Source: an uncultured Alphaproteobacteria bacterium
GTDB taxonomy: Bacteria > Pseudomonadota > Alphaproteobacteria > Rs-D84
DNA length: 64,000 nt
NCBI GenBank assembly: GCA_947053455.1
Contig: CAMRSV010000001.1
Coordinates: 36,937-100,936, forward strand
Reading direction: 5' to 3'
Shown here: positions 1 through 7,995 of the stretch, one piece after another
How positions within the stretch are numbered: the first letter of the stretch is position 1
Layout: each line of letters opens with the position of its first letter
Notes under the pieces: model-generated
Told to the model about the DNA's origin: nothing
Database searches by the model: none
The model's input: the letters and a program-made list of their open reading frames with translations, nothing else
Position numbers and translations under genes: made by a program

Positions 1-925
1 ATAATAATTCCAGCGCGGGTGACGCACTATCTATACGTCCCGCCGCATTCAACCGCGGCCCCAGCACAAACCCTAGCGCATACACCGACGGATGCTTTAC
101 CATGGCTACATCCATCAGCACACACAACCCCAAATTGTTTCGCAGCCCCATTACCTTTAGCCCCGTCGAAACAAATGCACGGTTTAATCCAATAAGCGGC
201 ATTGTGTCGCAAACAGTTCCCAACGCCACCAAATCCAGATAATTTAACAGGTTTATTTTTTCAATGCGCGACATAATTTGGTCGTCACCGCGCGATTTTA
301 ATTCGCGGTTTACCGCAACCAGCGTTAAAAAGGCAACGCCGACACCAGCCAGATACTGCATACCGGACGCATCATCTGAACGCTTTGGATTTACAACCGC
401 ATCCGCCGCAGGCAACGATGCATCCGGTGAATGGTGATCGGTCACGACAACACGCATTCCACGCATACGTGCATGCGCGACATCATCAACCCCACTGATG
501 CCACAATCAACAGTTATCATCAGTTTCGCACCGCAATCTGCAATTTCATCAATTGCCGCAATGTTTAAACCGTATCCCTCGCCCTCGCGCGTGGGCAAAT
601 GCCATATTACATCGCACCCCAGCGAACGCAAATACTTCACAAATATTGCAGTTGATGTTATGCCATCGACATCATAATCGCCATATACTGCAATTTTATC
701 ATGATTTAAGACTGCATCTGCAATTATGCGCGCGGCGCTATCCATATCGCGCAAGATGCACGGATCTGGCATATATTCCTTTATACTGGGATTCAAAAAT
801 TTTTGAACGTCGCCCGCATCAGATATGCCGCGGCTGGCCAATATTCTTTCTATCAAATCGCCGGTTGATGAAAAACCACACTCTGAACTGATATCATTTT
901 CCGTAACCCATGCCCGGCCAAGCAT
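1..925 (-). CDS. recJ: single-stranded-DNA-specific exonuclease RecJ (N-terminal part; gene runs off window start)
   Basis: Manual minus-strand translation from ATG at 925 gives MLGRAWVTEN... with DHH motif VVVTDHHSP (rev-comp of 400-426) and the GPRLNAAGRID motif. No stop before position 1, so it is absent from the ORF track. Confidence 0.85.
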   Translation of the reverse strand, partial: MLGRAWVTENDISSECGFSSTGDLIERILASRGISDAGDVQKFLNPSIKEYMPDPCILRDMDSAARIIADAVLNHDKIAVYGDYDVDGITSTAIFVKYLRSLGCDVIWHLPTREGEGYGLNIAAIDEIADCGAKLMITVDCGISGVDDVAHARMRGMRVVVTDHHSPDASLPAADAVVNPKRSDDASGMQYLAGVGVAFLTLVAVNRELKSRGDDQIMSRIEKINLLNYLDLVALGTVCDTMPLIGLNRAFVSTGLKVMGLRNNLGLCVLMDVAMVKHPSVYALGFVLGPRLNAAGRIDSASPALELL

Positions 926-990
926 GGATTTATCCACTATTTTTTTCACGCTATACTCTTTTTTCTTATCAAGAGTATTATAATCAAAAT

Positions 991-2634
991 TTATTCAAAT
1001 AGCAACGGCAGTATGCTATCAAGAATTTTTCCCGTTGTCGGAACCGCATTCCACGCCGCCGTACGCCATCCCCACGATTCCTGCGTGGCATGCGGTTCGT
1101 CTAAAACGATTAAAATCACATACTGCGGGGCATCGGCGGGAAATATTCCGGCAAAGGCTGTAACATTGCGATTCGAATCAATTTTTCCATTTACCGCCTT
1201 TTCCGCGGTTGCGGTTTTTCCACCTATTTTTATTCCGGCAATGCGCGCCCTTCTGCCGCTGGTTTCTTCGGCAACACGAACCATTATCGGACGCAGTCCC
1301 GCCGATATTTCATCAGCTAAAACACGCTGCCCCTGAACCACGCCCACAGAACGCTTTTGCAAAGTTGGATATATGTATATTCCGCCATTTGTTACCGCAT
1401 TCACCCCCAACATTAAATGCATCGGGGTAACGGCATACCCTTGGCCGTATGCGACAGTCGCACGTTCAACCGGCCCCCATTTGCGTTGTGGAATGGTGTT
1501 CTCGGTTCGCCCGAACTCTAAATCCAGCGCACTATCCATATGCAGTCTTTCAAAAAACTCCTTTTGCGCGCCATCCGGCAGTTCCAGTGCAATCTGTGCA
1601 CTGCCGACATTACATGAATGCACCATAATCTCTTCGACATTAATGCTGGGACGCGGTGGCTTGAAACTGCGAATATCAGAAATATTTTTTGCAACGCGGC
1701 CGAATTTGTCATATATCGGGAACGGTTTGGCGACATAATACTCTTTGTCCTTTGAAATTCCATTTTCCAGCGCCAACGCTGTATTGAATATTTTAAATAT
1801 AGAACCCATTTCATACACGCTGCGCATGGGCTTGAACAAACGATTCGCCACTGGGTCTGCCCGCAAATTTTCTGGATCATAATCCGGTAGTGACACCATC
1901 GCAATCATTTCACCCGTGCGCGAATTCATAAGCATGCCCATTGCTGCCTTGGTCTGATATTTATCCATGGCAATAGACAACTGTTCATAGAAAACAGATT
2001 GAATTCGCGAATCGAGAGACAGACGCAGCGGCGATGTATTTTCACGCAAATATTTGTCGTATGTTTTTTCCACCCCATCCAGGCCGCGCCCATCGCTACC
2101 AACAAAACCAACAACATGCGAAAACAGGCGCCGCTTCGGATATCTGCGTGTTTGGCGTGCCTCAACCTCCAGTCCGGGAATTTTTGCAGCACGAATCATA
2201 TGTCGCACTTCGTCAGATGCCAATTTTTTCACATATGTATAACGATTATTTTTCCTAGCCGCGTTCACCAATTTCAATGCATCGTTTAAAGAATATTCAT
2301 ACGGCAACGCCCTGTGAATCATTTCGGCCACGGCATCAGAATCACGAACCAGACCCGGCACAATTCCGATATGCCCCGATTCGACATTCTTGGCCAAGAT
2401 GTCGCCATTTCTGTCGACAATGTCCGCGCGTTCGGGAACCCATTGGGCATCGGCGCGCGCCAAACGTGACCGTGTAGTGCCATGAAGTCCCAGATATAAT
2501 GTACGCACTGCAAATATGGCAAACGCAATAACGAACAACAAATATATAAACCGCAACCGGCCACGCCCAAACCTGTCGCCGCCGATAACGCCGAAAAAAC
2601 CATATCTGAATATATCGGTTCCTATTTCAAACAT
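991..2634 (-). CDS. ftsI: penicillin-binding protein transpeptidase (FtsI/PBP3-like)
   Basis: 547 aa with N-terminal TM and a GSIFK (SxxK) active-site motif. Lies directly downstream of an FtsL-like gene. Confidence 0.8.
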   Translation of the reverse strand: MFEIGTDIFRYGFFGVIGGDRFGRGRLRFIYLLFVIAFAIFAVRTLYLGLHGTTRSRLARADAQWVPERADIVDRNGDILAKNVESGHIGIVPGLVRDSDAVAEMIHRALPYEYSLNDALKLVNAARKNNRYTYVKKLASDEVRHMIRAAKIPGLEVEARQTRRYPKRRLFSHVVGFVGSDGRGLDGVEKTYDKYLRENTSPLRLSLDSRIQSVFYEQLSIAMDKYQTKAAMGMLMNSRTGEMIAMVSLPDYDPENLRADPVANRLFKPMRSVYEMGSIFKIFNTALALENGISKDKEYYVAKPFPIYDKFGRVAKNISDIRSFKPPRPSINVEEIMVHSCNVGSAQIALELPDGAQKEFFERLHMDSALDLEFGRTENTIPQRKWGPVERATVAYGQGYAVTPMHLMLGVNAVTNGGIYIYPTLQKRSVGVVQGQRVLADEISAGLRPIMVRVAEETSGRRARIAGIKIGGKTATAEKAVNGKIDSNRNVTAFAGIFPADAPQYVILIVLDEPHATQESWGWRTAAWNAVPTTGKILDSILPLLFE

Positions 2635-2933
2635 TATTGCTGTGCGCCCTCGCGGTTTGGCAAATCTTCTATTGCGACAGATTTATTGAAACTAATAACC
2701 TCTGATTTTGGGGCAATGCTTGTCACCAGATTACGCAAAATTTCCGGACGGACATAGGATGCAAAATTGGCTTGGGCGACGGCTATCTCCTGCTGGGTGC
2801 GGACAATTTGGGTATGAACCCTGTCGCGGGCGCTATTTTGTGTGCGATAACATACCTGCAAACCAATCGTCAGCAGTATTACAATCCCCAGCCCCCAAAC
2901 ACCAATTTGAAACATTTTCTCTTCTTCACGCAT
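2634..2933 (-). CDS. ftsL: FtsL-like cell division protein (single TM + coiled coil)
   Basis: 99 aa with one TM helix then a coiled-coil-like segment. Overlaps the ftsI start in the usual ftsL-ftsI arrangement. Confidence 0.55.
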   Translation of the reverse strand: MREEEKMFQIGVWGLGIVILLTIGLQVCYRTQNSARDRVHTQIVRTQQEIAVAQANFASYVRPEILRNLVTSIAPKSEVISFNKSVAIEDLPNREGAQQ

Positions 2934-2970
2934 ATTATCGGCACCTGATTTTTATCCTGATTGCAGTTTA

Positions 2971-3333
2971 TCACAAATTCTGTAAAAATCTAACCATTGA
3001 ATTCAAGCCATTCATGCGCCCCGCCCCAAGGGTTAAGCCCAACCCGGCAAACTCGCCTAATAAATCCATATTTTTTATTTCGGACGGGGTACGCCCATCA
3101 ACCATGGCGGTCAAAATTGCAACAATACCACGCACCAATGCCGAATCGGCTGTGCCGAAAAATTTATCATCCAAACGGCATATTTCAACATACGATGCAC
3201 ATCCTGAAATAACGTGGCATTGCGCCGCGGCCGGTGGTGGCGGCATATGCGCCCCAAAATCCATAACCAATTCAAGTTTTTGAACCGGGTCATCCACCGC
3301 AAGAAGTAAGTTTTTCATTTGCTGATATGTCAT
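2971..3333 (-). CDS. sufE: SufE-like cysteine desulfuration (sulfur acceptor) protein
   Basis: 120 aa with an ISGCAS Cys motif and the C-terminal LGLTLGAGRMNGLNSMVRFL, typical of the SufE/Fe-S metabolism associated domain. Confidence 0.7.
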   Translation of the reverse strand: MTYQQMKNLLLAVDDPVQKLELVMDFGAHMPPPPAAAQCHVISGCASYVEICRLDDKFFGTADSALVRGIVAILTAMVDGRTPSEIKNMDLLGEFAGLGLTLGAGRMNGLNSMVRFLQNL

Positions 3334-3336
3334 GGG

Positions 3337-3648
3337 TCACCATCCCTGCTCTGTCAAATCAAGTTCCAGTCGCGCACTTTCAGACATTCGCGACAAATCC
3401 CACGGCGGATCCCACACCAAATCAACCCGCACCGGCATTTGTGCGACTTCTGATGCGGCATCGCGAACTTGAGCCAGCAAATCCTCCATCATAGGACATG
3501 TCGGACTTGTGAACGTCATTGTAATTATAACTTCATCTTCATTTATGGCAATGTCATAAACCAATCCCAAATCCCATATGTTTACGGGTATCTCGGGATC
3601 ATATACGGTTTTCAGGGCGTTTATAATATCCTCTTTTGTGGGCAGCAT
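3337..3648 (-). CDS. sufT: SUF Fe-S assembly protein SufT (DUF59/MIP18 family)
   Basis: 103 aa with the DUF59 signature (YDPEIPVNIWDLGLVY ... TSPTCP). Adjacent to sufS and sufE. Confidence 0.8.
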   Translation of the reverse strand: MLPTKEDIINALKTVYDPEIPVNIWDLGLVYDIAINEDEVIITMTFTSPTCPMMEDLLAQVRDAASEVAQMPVRVDLVWDPPWDLSRMSESARLELDLTEQGW

Positions 3649-3649
3649 G

Positions 3650-4750
3650 TTATTTCACCATATTTTCTATTATATCCGCAGTCCGCTGCATGTCATCAAT
3701 TGTATTCCAAAATCCCGGCGATATGCGAATACTGCCCTCAACCCCCAAGGCACGGTGAATCCATGTTGCACACATGTTCCCAACACGCAAACATACCCCG
3801 TGTGCACCGGCCAACACCCCGAAATCCAAAACATGCATACCGTCAACAACAAAAGATATTAATGCCGCATCCGGCCGTGTCAGTATTTTCACACGCGGCA
3901 TTTTTGCCAGCCTGTCATACATATATTTGACAAGATTTGAATCAGCCGGATGGGATTTTATGTTATCAATTGCAAACGGCATCCCAACAATCTGGGTAAG
4001 CGGCAACGTCCCTGCCTCAAACTTTTCGGGCGGTGCGCTAAAAATAATCTCGTCATCCATAACACGCGAAACCATTCCGCCACCGAACTTGTCCGGCAAA
4101 TATTTTTCCGGATTTTTTATATACATAACGCCGATTCCTGTATCCGCACCAATTTTGTGACCGGAAAAACACATAAAGTCGCAATCCCACGCGCATACAT
4201 CAACTGATGCGTGCGCCGCATATTGCGCCGCATCAACAATTGTAATAACATTTGGATTTTTTTTGCGTGCCGCGCGTACTATTTCCGCAACATCTTGCGT
4301 AACCCCAATAACATTTGACATTGCGGTTATAACCATAATATCGGCACGCGGAATTCTTGACACATCAATATTATATTGCGAATCAAGTGACATAACAGTC
4401 AAATCCGCCACCCCTGCCAAATGCGCATCCATCCACGGCAGACGCGCCGAATGATGATCCAAATCGGATACCGCAACCACAGGATGCGGTACATCTTTCA
4501 ATATATTGCGCACCCGATTCAATCCATCGGTCGCACCGGATGTAAAAACAATCTGCTGTGGTTTTGCATTTATAAAGGCGCCCACCGCGGCACGGGCATT
4601 TGATACCATTTCATCCACCCACGCGGTACGGGAACAAACGCCACGGCCTGAATTGGCATATTTATTGCGTAAAAAATCAGATTCTGCATCAATTACCGAG
4701 TCCGGTTTAAGACTACTAGCGGCAGCGTCTAAGTATATGATTTTATTCAT
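3650..4750 (-). CDS. sufS: cysteine desulfurase (SufS/CsdA class V aminotransferase)
   Basis: PLP-lysine motif FSGHKIGADTGIGVMY. The likely start MNKIIYLDAAASS is at 4750; the track ORF extends to 4927. Confidence 0.85.
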   Translation of the reverse strand: MNKIIYLDAAASSLKPDSVIDAESDFLRNKYANSGRGVCSRTAWVDEMVSNARAAVGAFINAKPQQIVFTSGATDGLNRVRNILKDVPHPVVAVSDLDHHSARLPWMDAHLAGVADLTVMSLDSQYNIDVSRIPRADIMVITAMSNVIGVTQDVAEIVRAARKKNPNVITIVDAAQYAAHASVDVCAWDCDFMCFSGHKIGADTGIGVMYIKNPEKYLPDKFGGGMVSRVMDDEIIFSAPPEKFEAGTLPLTQIVGMPFAIDNIKSHPADSNLVKYMYDRLAKMPRVKILTRPDAALISFVVDGMHVLDFGVLAGAHGVCLRVGNMCATWIHRALGVEGSIRISPGFWNTIDDMQRTADIIENMVK

Positions 4751-4826
4751 TTTATGTTTTCTCTTGCATTTTATGACGATTATAATACACTCTCGACGAA
4801 TATCAACAACGTTTAAGGAGAAAAAG

Positions 4827-5147
4827 ATGGCTTTAGAACACGCAAATGACCAAAATTTTGCAGATTTAGTAAAAAATGGGATAACCTTGGTGGATTTCTG
4901 GGCATCTTGGTGCGGACCGTGTCGCATGTTCGGCCCGATTTTCGAATCGGTTTCAGCTCAAATGCCTGATGTTAATTTCGTAAAATTTGAAATTGACGAA
5001 GGTAACCGCCGCACGCCGGCCAAATACGGAATCCGCAGCATCCCCAGCATTCTGGCATTCCGCAACGGTGAACTGATTGAAGCGCGCACCGGCGTCATGG
5101 ATCCGGAAACATTAACCGCATGGATATATGAATTAAAAGGAGCCTAA
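4827..5147 (+). CDS. trxA: thioredoxin
   Basis: WCGPC active site. AAGGAG RBS at 4815-4820 precedes ATG 4827. Confidence 0.92.
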   Translation: MALEHANDQNFADLVKNGITLVDFWASWCGPCRMFGPIFESVSAQMPDVNFVKFEIDEGNRRTPAKYGIRSIPSILAFRNGELIEARTGVMDPETLTAWIYELKGA

Positions 5148-5150
5148 CAA

Positions 5151-5582
5151 ATGGCTGCACAAAATTATAAGACTATGGAATTACCGCCAAAGTATTCGCC
5201 TAAAAAATCGGAACCCTATATGTGTCCTATGCATTTGGCATATTTTTACCAGGTTCTAAATTCGCAGAAAGATGAACTGATGCAGGAACGCGCATCTGTT
5301 TTAAGCGATGTACGCATGGCAGAAAAAACAGAAACCGCGGGCGTTGGCGACGAAGTTGACAATGTCATGGTCGATCAGGAAATAAACATGAATCTGCGCA
5401 TGTCGGAAAGAAACAATAAGCTGTTGGCGAAAATAAACGCTGCGCTGGAAAGACTTGAAAACGGAACATATGGCTACAGCGTTGTTTCCGGCGAAGAAAT
5501 TGGCCTGCCCCGGTTAATGGCACGCCCATTGGCCACAATGACTGTCGAAGAACAAGAAGAATACGAAAGTCGTAAAAGTTAA
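5151..5582 (+). CDS. dksA: RNA polymerase-binding transcription factor DksA (Cys-less alphaproteobacterial type)
   Basis: C-terminus RNNKLLAKINAALERLENGTYGY..EEIGLPRLMARPLATMTVEEQEEYE matches DksA. It lacks the 4-Cys zinc finger. Confidence 0.85.
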   Translation: MAAQNYKTMELPPKYSPKKSEPYMCPMHLAYFYQVLNSQKDELMQERASVLSDVRMAEKTETAGVGDEVDNVMVDQEINMNLRMSERNNKLLAKINAALERLENGTYGYSVVSGEEIGLPRLMARPLATMTVEEQEEYESRKS

Positions 5583-5592
5583 TAAGCATTAT

Positions 5593-5626
5593 AAAAAACA
5601 AACCCGCCAAATGGCGGGTTTTTATT
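5593..5626 (+). terminator. rho-independent terminator after dksA
   Basis: Hairpin AACCCGCCAAATGGCGGGTT followed by TTTTT. Confidence 0.8.
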
Positions 5627-5669
5627 AATTTTCCTTTACCATAAATCAAGTTTATGTAAAAATATGCAT

Positions 5670-5915
5670 ATCACAGAGAATTTCTGTGATGGGGCGTCGA
5701 AACCCCTTATAGAGGGTCCGAATAAATTCGGACATTAATGGCACAAGGAAATAATTAATTATTTTCATAGTTGTGCCGCCTTCCAACCACAAAAGGTTGG
5801 AGGATGGCTGAATATATTGAATAGGCCTGCAATTCTCTATAATTGTTTCGAACCTCCAACCACTTGAACTTTTCCAGTGGTTTTTATTTATTAAAAGATT
5901 CAATGGAGTATAGAA
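5670..5915 (+). promoter_or_regulatory. conserved structured 5' leader, copy 1 (candidate riboswitch/attenuator) upstream of cysteine-rich secreted protein gene
   Basis: Perfect IR ATCACAGA-N5-TCTGTGAT (5670-5690). Box GGGGCGTCGAAACCCC (5691-5706). Hairpin CCTTCCAACC-ACAAAA-GGTTGGAGG (5777-5807). Then GAACCTCCAACCACT fused to terminator-like hairpin AACCACT..AGTGGTT+TTTTT (5850-5886), then RBS GGAG and ATG 5916. The same architecture recurs at three other loci. Confidence 0.7.
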
Positions 5916-6518
5916 ATGAGAAAATATCTTATAACTATTTTTGTTTTGTCTTTATCTTTGCCCGCCCGCGGCAACTTGGTAAGTGGCTCATATAAAGAAG
6001 GTGATTGGTGCTATAGTGATTGCACCTATCAAGGATGCCCGTCCGTCCGCAGATTTTCGTGCGGCGGATATTGCAACATGTATGAAATGCCCGATTGGCC
6101 AATCTGCAATAGTTATAACGAAGATGAATCCTGCGTAATTTGGAAAAGCAGCACAGAAATGTATTATTGCAGCCTAGGTGGGGAACATGCCTGCTACGAA
6201 ATTATTGGTTATGGCAGTAGCAAATATGAGACTTATAACACGACAAACCATAGTGTAAAATACTCTGAAATTCAGTTCGAACCAGATGACAACTATTATG
6301 ACAATTGCTCCATAGAAGACATTATCGAAGTTTCTTATGGATGCGCGGCCGGATATTATGTTTCAAGCGGATATGGTTCTAATATTTATTGTTCGACATG
6401 TCCCAACGGCGGTACAAGTTATATCGGAAATATTTCTCAATCTAATTGTTATTTACCCGCGGGAAATTTTAGCGATGCAACCGGCACCGGACAATATACA
6501 TCAAACTGCTACTGGTAA
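5916..6518 (+). CDS. secreted cysteine-rich protein, paralog 1 (EGF/ephrin-receptor-like Cys repeats)
   Basis: 200 aa with a signal peptide and about 20 Cys. The C-terminal ~60 aa (CAAGYY..C..CP.GG..C.LPAGNF..TGTGQY..C) is shared with the 37001..37618 protein. Confidence 0.75.
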   Translation: MRKYLITIFVLSLSLPARGNLVSGSYKEGDWCYSDCTYQGCPSVRRFSCGGYCNMYEMPDWPICNSYNEDESCVIWKSSTEMYYCSLGGEHACYEIIGYGSSKYETYNTTNHSVKYSEIQFEPDDNYYDNCSIEDIIEVSYGCAAGYYVSSGYGSNIYCSTCPNGGTSYIGNISQSNCYLPAGNFSDATGTGQYTSNCYW

Positions 6519-6543
6519 AAGACCGGATATAAAAACGCAAAAT

Positions 6544-6578
6544 AAAACGGGACAATAATACCGCCCCGTTTTATTGTA
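6544..6578. terminator. bidirectional terminator between cys-rich gene 1 and tatA
   Basis: Hairpin AACGGGAC..GCCCCGTT flanked by A-run and T-run. Confidence 0.6.
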
Positions 6579-6583
6579 ATAGA

Positions 6584-6886
6584 CTATTTGCTTTTTGATG
6601 GTTTCTTCACTGTCTTTTTTGAGGAAGACACCGTTTTTTTATTGTTCGCTTTGGGTAAAGTTTTGGTTACCGGCTTTTTCACCGCGGCTTTTGCTTTTGA
6701 TGCAGGCTTTTTCGCAGAATCCATCGCAGGCGCATGTTCACTCTTTTGTTTTGTAATTTCCTTTTTAAAAATATTCAATCCATCCGCCAGATTTTTCATC
6801 ATGCCGGGAATCTTGCCGGACCCGAACAAAACTATAACTAAAACCACTATGATCAGTATTTCAGCCCAACCAAATCTTCCAAACAT
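6584..6886 (-). CDS. tatA: twin-arginine translocase TatA/TatB-family protein
   Basis: N-terminus FGRFGWAEILIIVVLVIVLFGSGKIPG..L..GL..FKKE matches the TatA/E signature, followed by a Lys-rich tail. Confidence 0.8.
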   Translation of the reverse strand: MFGRFGWAEILIIVVLVIVLFGSGKIPGMMKNLADGLNIFKKEITKQKSEHAPAMDSAKKPASKAKAAVKKPVTKTLPKANNKKTVSSSKKTVKKPSKSK

Positions 6887-6901
6887 ATTTATCCCCTTTT
6901 A

Positions 6902-7678
6902 TTATTTTGCAACATAACAGTCCAAACCGTCGGATTTCGCATTTCTGCAAAAACCGTTGGCATCATTGGCATTTGAAAACGCAATACGCAGTCTGTATGT
7001 CGTCGTTCCATTCGGCAATTGCGCGGCTAAAATTATGAACTGCTTTCCTGTAAAAAGACTACTGTGGGCCCCCAGAATTTGCTTTTCAGCGCGTTCGGCC
7101 AATGCACGTGTGCTATATGAACCAAATTGAACATACCATGCACCCTTTGGCGCTGCCTGCGGTTTCGGCGCAGCTTTTTTGGCCGTCTGTTTTGCCGCCG
7201 GCTTTTTTACCGCAGCGGGCTGTTTTGATTGAACTTGCTTTGGCGCATCCGCCTTATCCGGGTTAAATGTGACGGGCTTTCTATCCTCTACCACGCGGAC
7301 GGGAACCCCCGGCGTATCTGTTGTGGTGACCACTGGCGCAGCCGGCGCCACAGGTGGCGTCACCGGTGCAGGCTGTACAACGGGTTTTGGTGCATCCGGT
7401 TTTTGTGGTTCCACAACGGGTTTTACATCCGGCATCCCACTCGCCCCATCAATCACAACGACGGGTGCATCCAAATCAACATCTATTGAAGAAGATGAAT
7501 CATTACCAATTGTACGAACAATAATATATGTCGCCAGTATGATAACTACTACCCCTAACCCCAGCAACAACCACGGCTTTTTCGGGCGCGGCGCGACAAA
7601 CGGTGTTGCATCTGGCAATGCATCCATGGACACATCATCGTCCAGGTCTAATAAATCCAAATTTTTATCGTCATTCAT
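6902..7678 (-). CDS. SPOR domain-containing protein (Pro-rich linker, TM anchor)
   Basis: C-terminal SPOR-like domain (WYVQFGSYSTRALAERAEKQI...YRLRIAFSNANDANGFC). The likely start MNDDKNL is at 7678; the ORF extends to 7735. Confidence 0.7.
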   Translation of the reverse strand: MNDDKNLDLLDLDDDVSMDALPDATPFVAPRPKKPWLLLGLGVVVIILATYIIVRTIGNDSSSSIDVDLDAPVVVIDGASGMPDVKPVVEPQKPDAPKPVVQPAPVTPPVAPAAPVVTTTDTPGVPVRVVEDRKPVTFNPDKADAPKQVQSKQPAAVKKPAAKQTAKKAAPKPQAAPKGAWYVQFGSYSTRALAERAEKQILGAHSSLFTGKQFIILAAQLPNGTTTYRLRIAFSNANDANGFCRNAKSDGLDCYVAK

Positions 7679-7790
7679 AATGATTCCCCCATTACTCTTT
7701 GACTGTATTATATCATAAAAATATTCCCATAACAAAGAATATCTGGCAAAAAACAGTCTGTTTTAGCGGAAAATTTTCTTAAAATGCGCA

Positions 7791-7934
7791 TTATTTCGGC
7801 ATTTGACCAAAGTTTGGCGGAACAATCAACTTGTGATTTTCGCTGACAATGGGTTCAACCTCGCAACTGGACATGCATGCCGACAGCGCCAAAGGTAACA
7901 CGGCAACACACAATAAAAACAATATTTTTTTCAT
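7791..7934 (-). CDS. small lipoprotein (47 aa), not in ORF track
   Basis: Manual translation gives MKKILFLLCVAVLPLALSACMSSCEVEPIVSENHKLIVPPNFGQMPK*. It has a signal peptide plus an LSAC lipobox. Confidence 0.4.
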   Translation of the reverse strand: MKKILFLLCVAVLPLALSACMSSCEVEPIVSENHKLIVPPNFGQMPK

Positions 7935-7959
7935 TTTTATCCTTCCTTTTATTCACTTA

Positions 7960-7992
7960 AATATATGCGGCGTGCATGATGCACGCCGCATT
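7960..7992 (-). terminator. terminator-like hairpin downstream of thrS
   Basis: TGCGGCGTGCATGATGCACGCCGCA is a perfect palindromic stem. The flanking T-tract is weak. Confidence 0.45.
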
Positions 7993-7995
7993 AAT

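Noticed and set aside
553-891. 112-aa + strand ORF
   Set aside because: Lies entirely antisense to the recJ coding region, which has clear DHH and RINAAGR-type motifs on the minus strand. His/Arg-rich low-complexity translation is typical of antisense frames.
1013-2477. Multiple 60-130-aa ORFs on both strands inside ftsI
   Set aside because: All overlap the 547-aa PBP ORF with its SxxK motif and have low-complexity translations, so they are shadow ORFs.
5640-5915. Possible IS or MITE interpretation of the repeated non-coding element
   Set aside because: No terminal inverted repeats bounding the whole element, no target-site duplications seen, and no transposase. The element always has fixed orientation and spacing relative to a downstream start codon, which fits a cis-regulatory leader better. 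Module-level mobility together with the gene is kept as a separate possibility.
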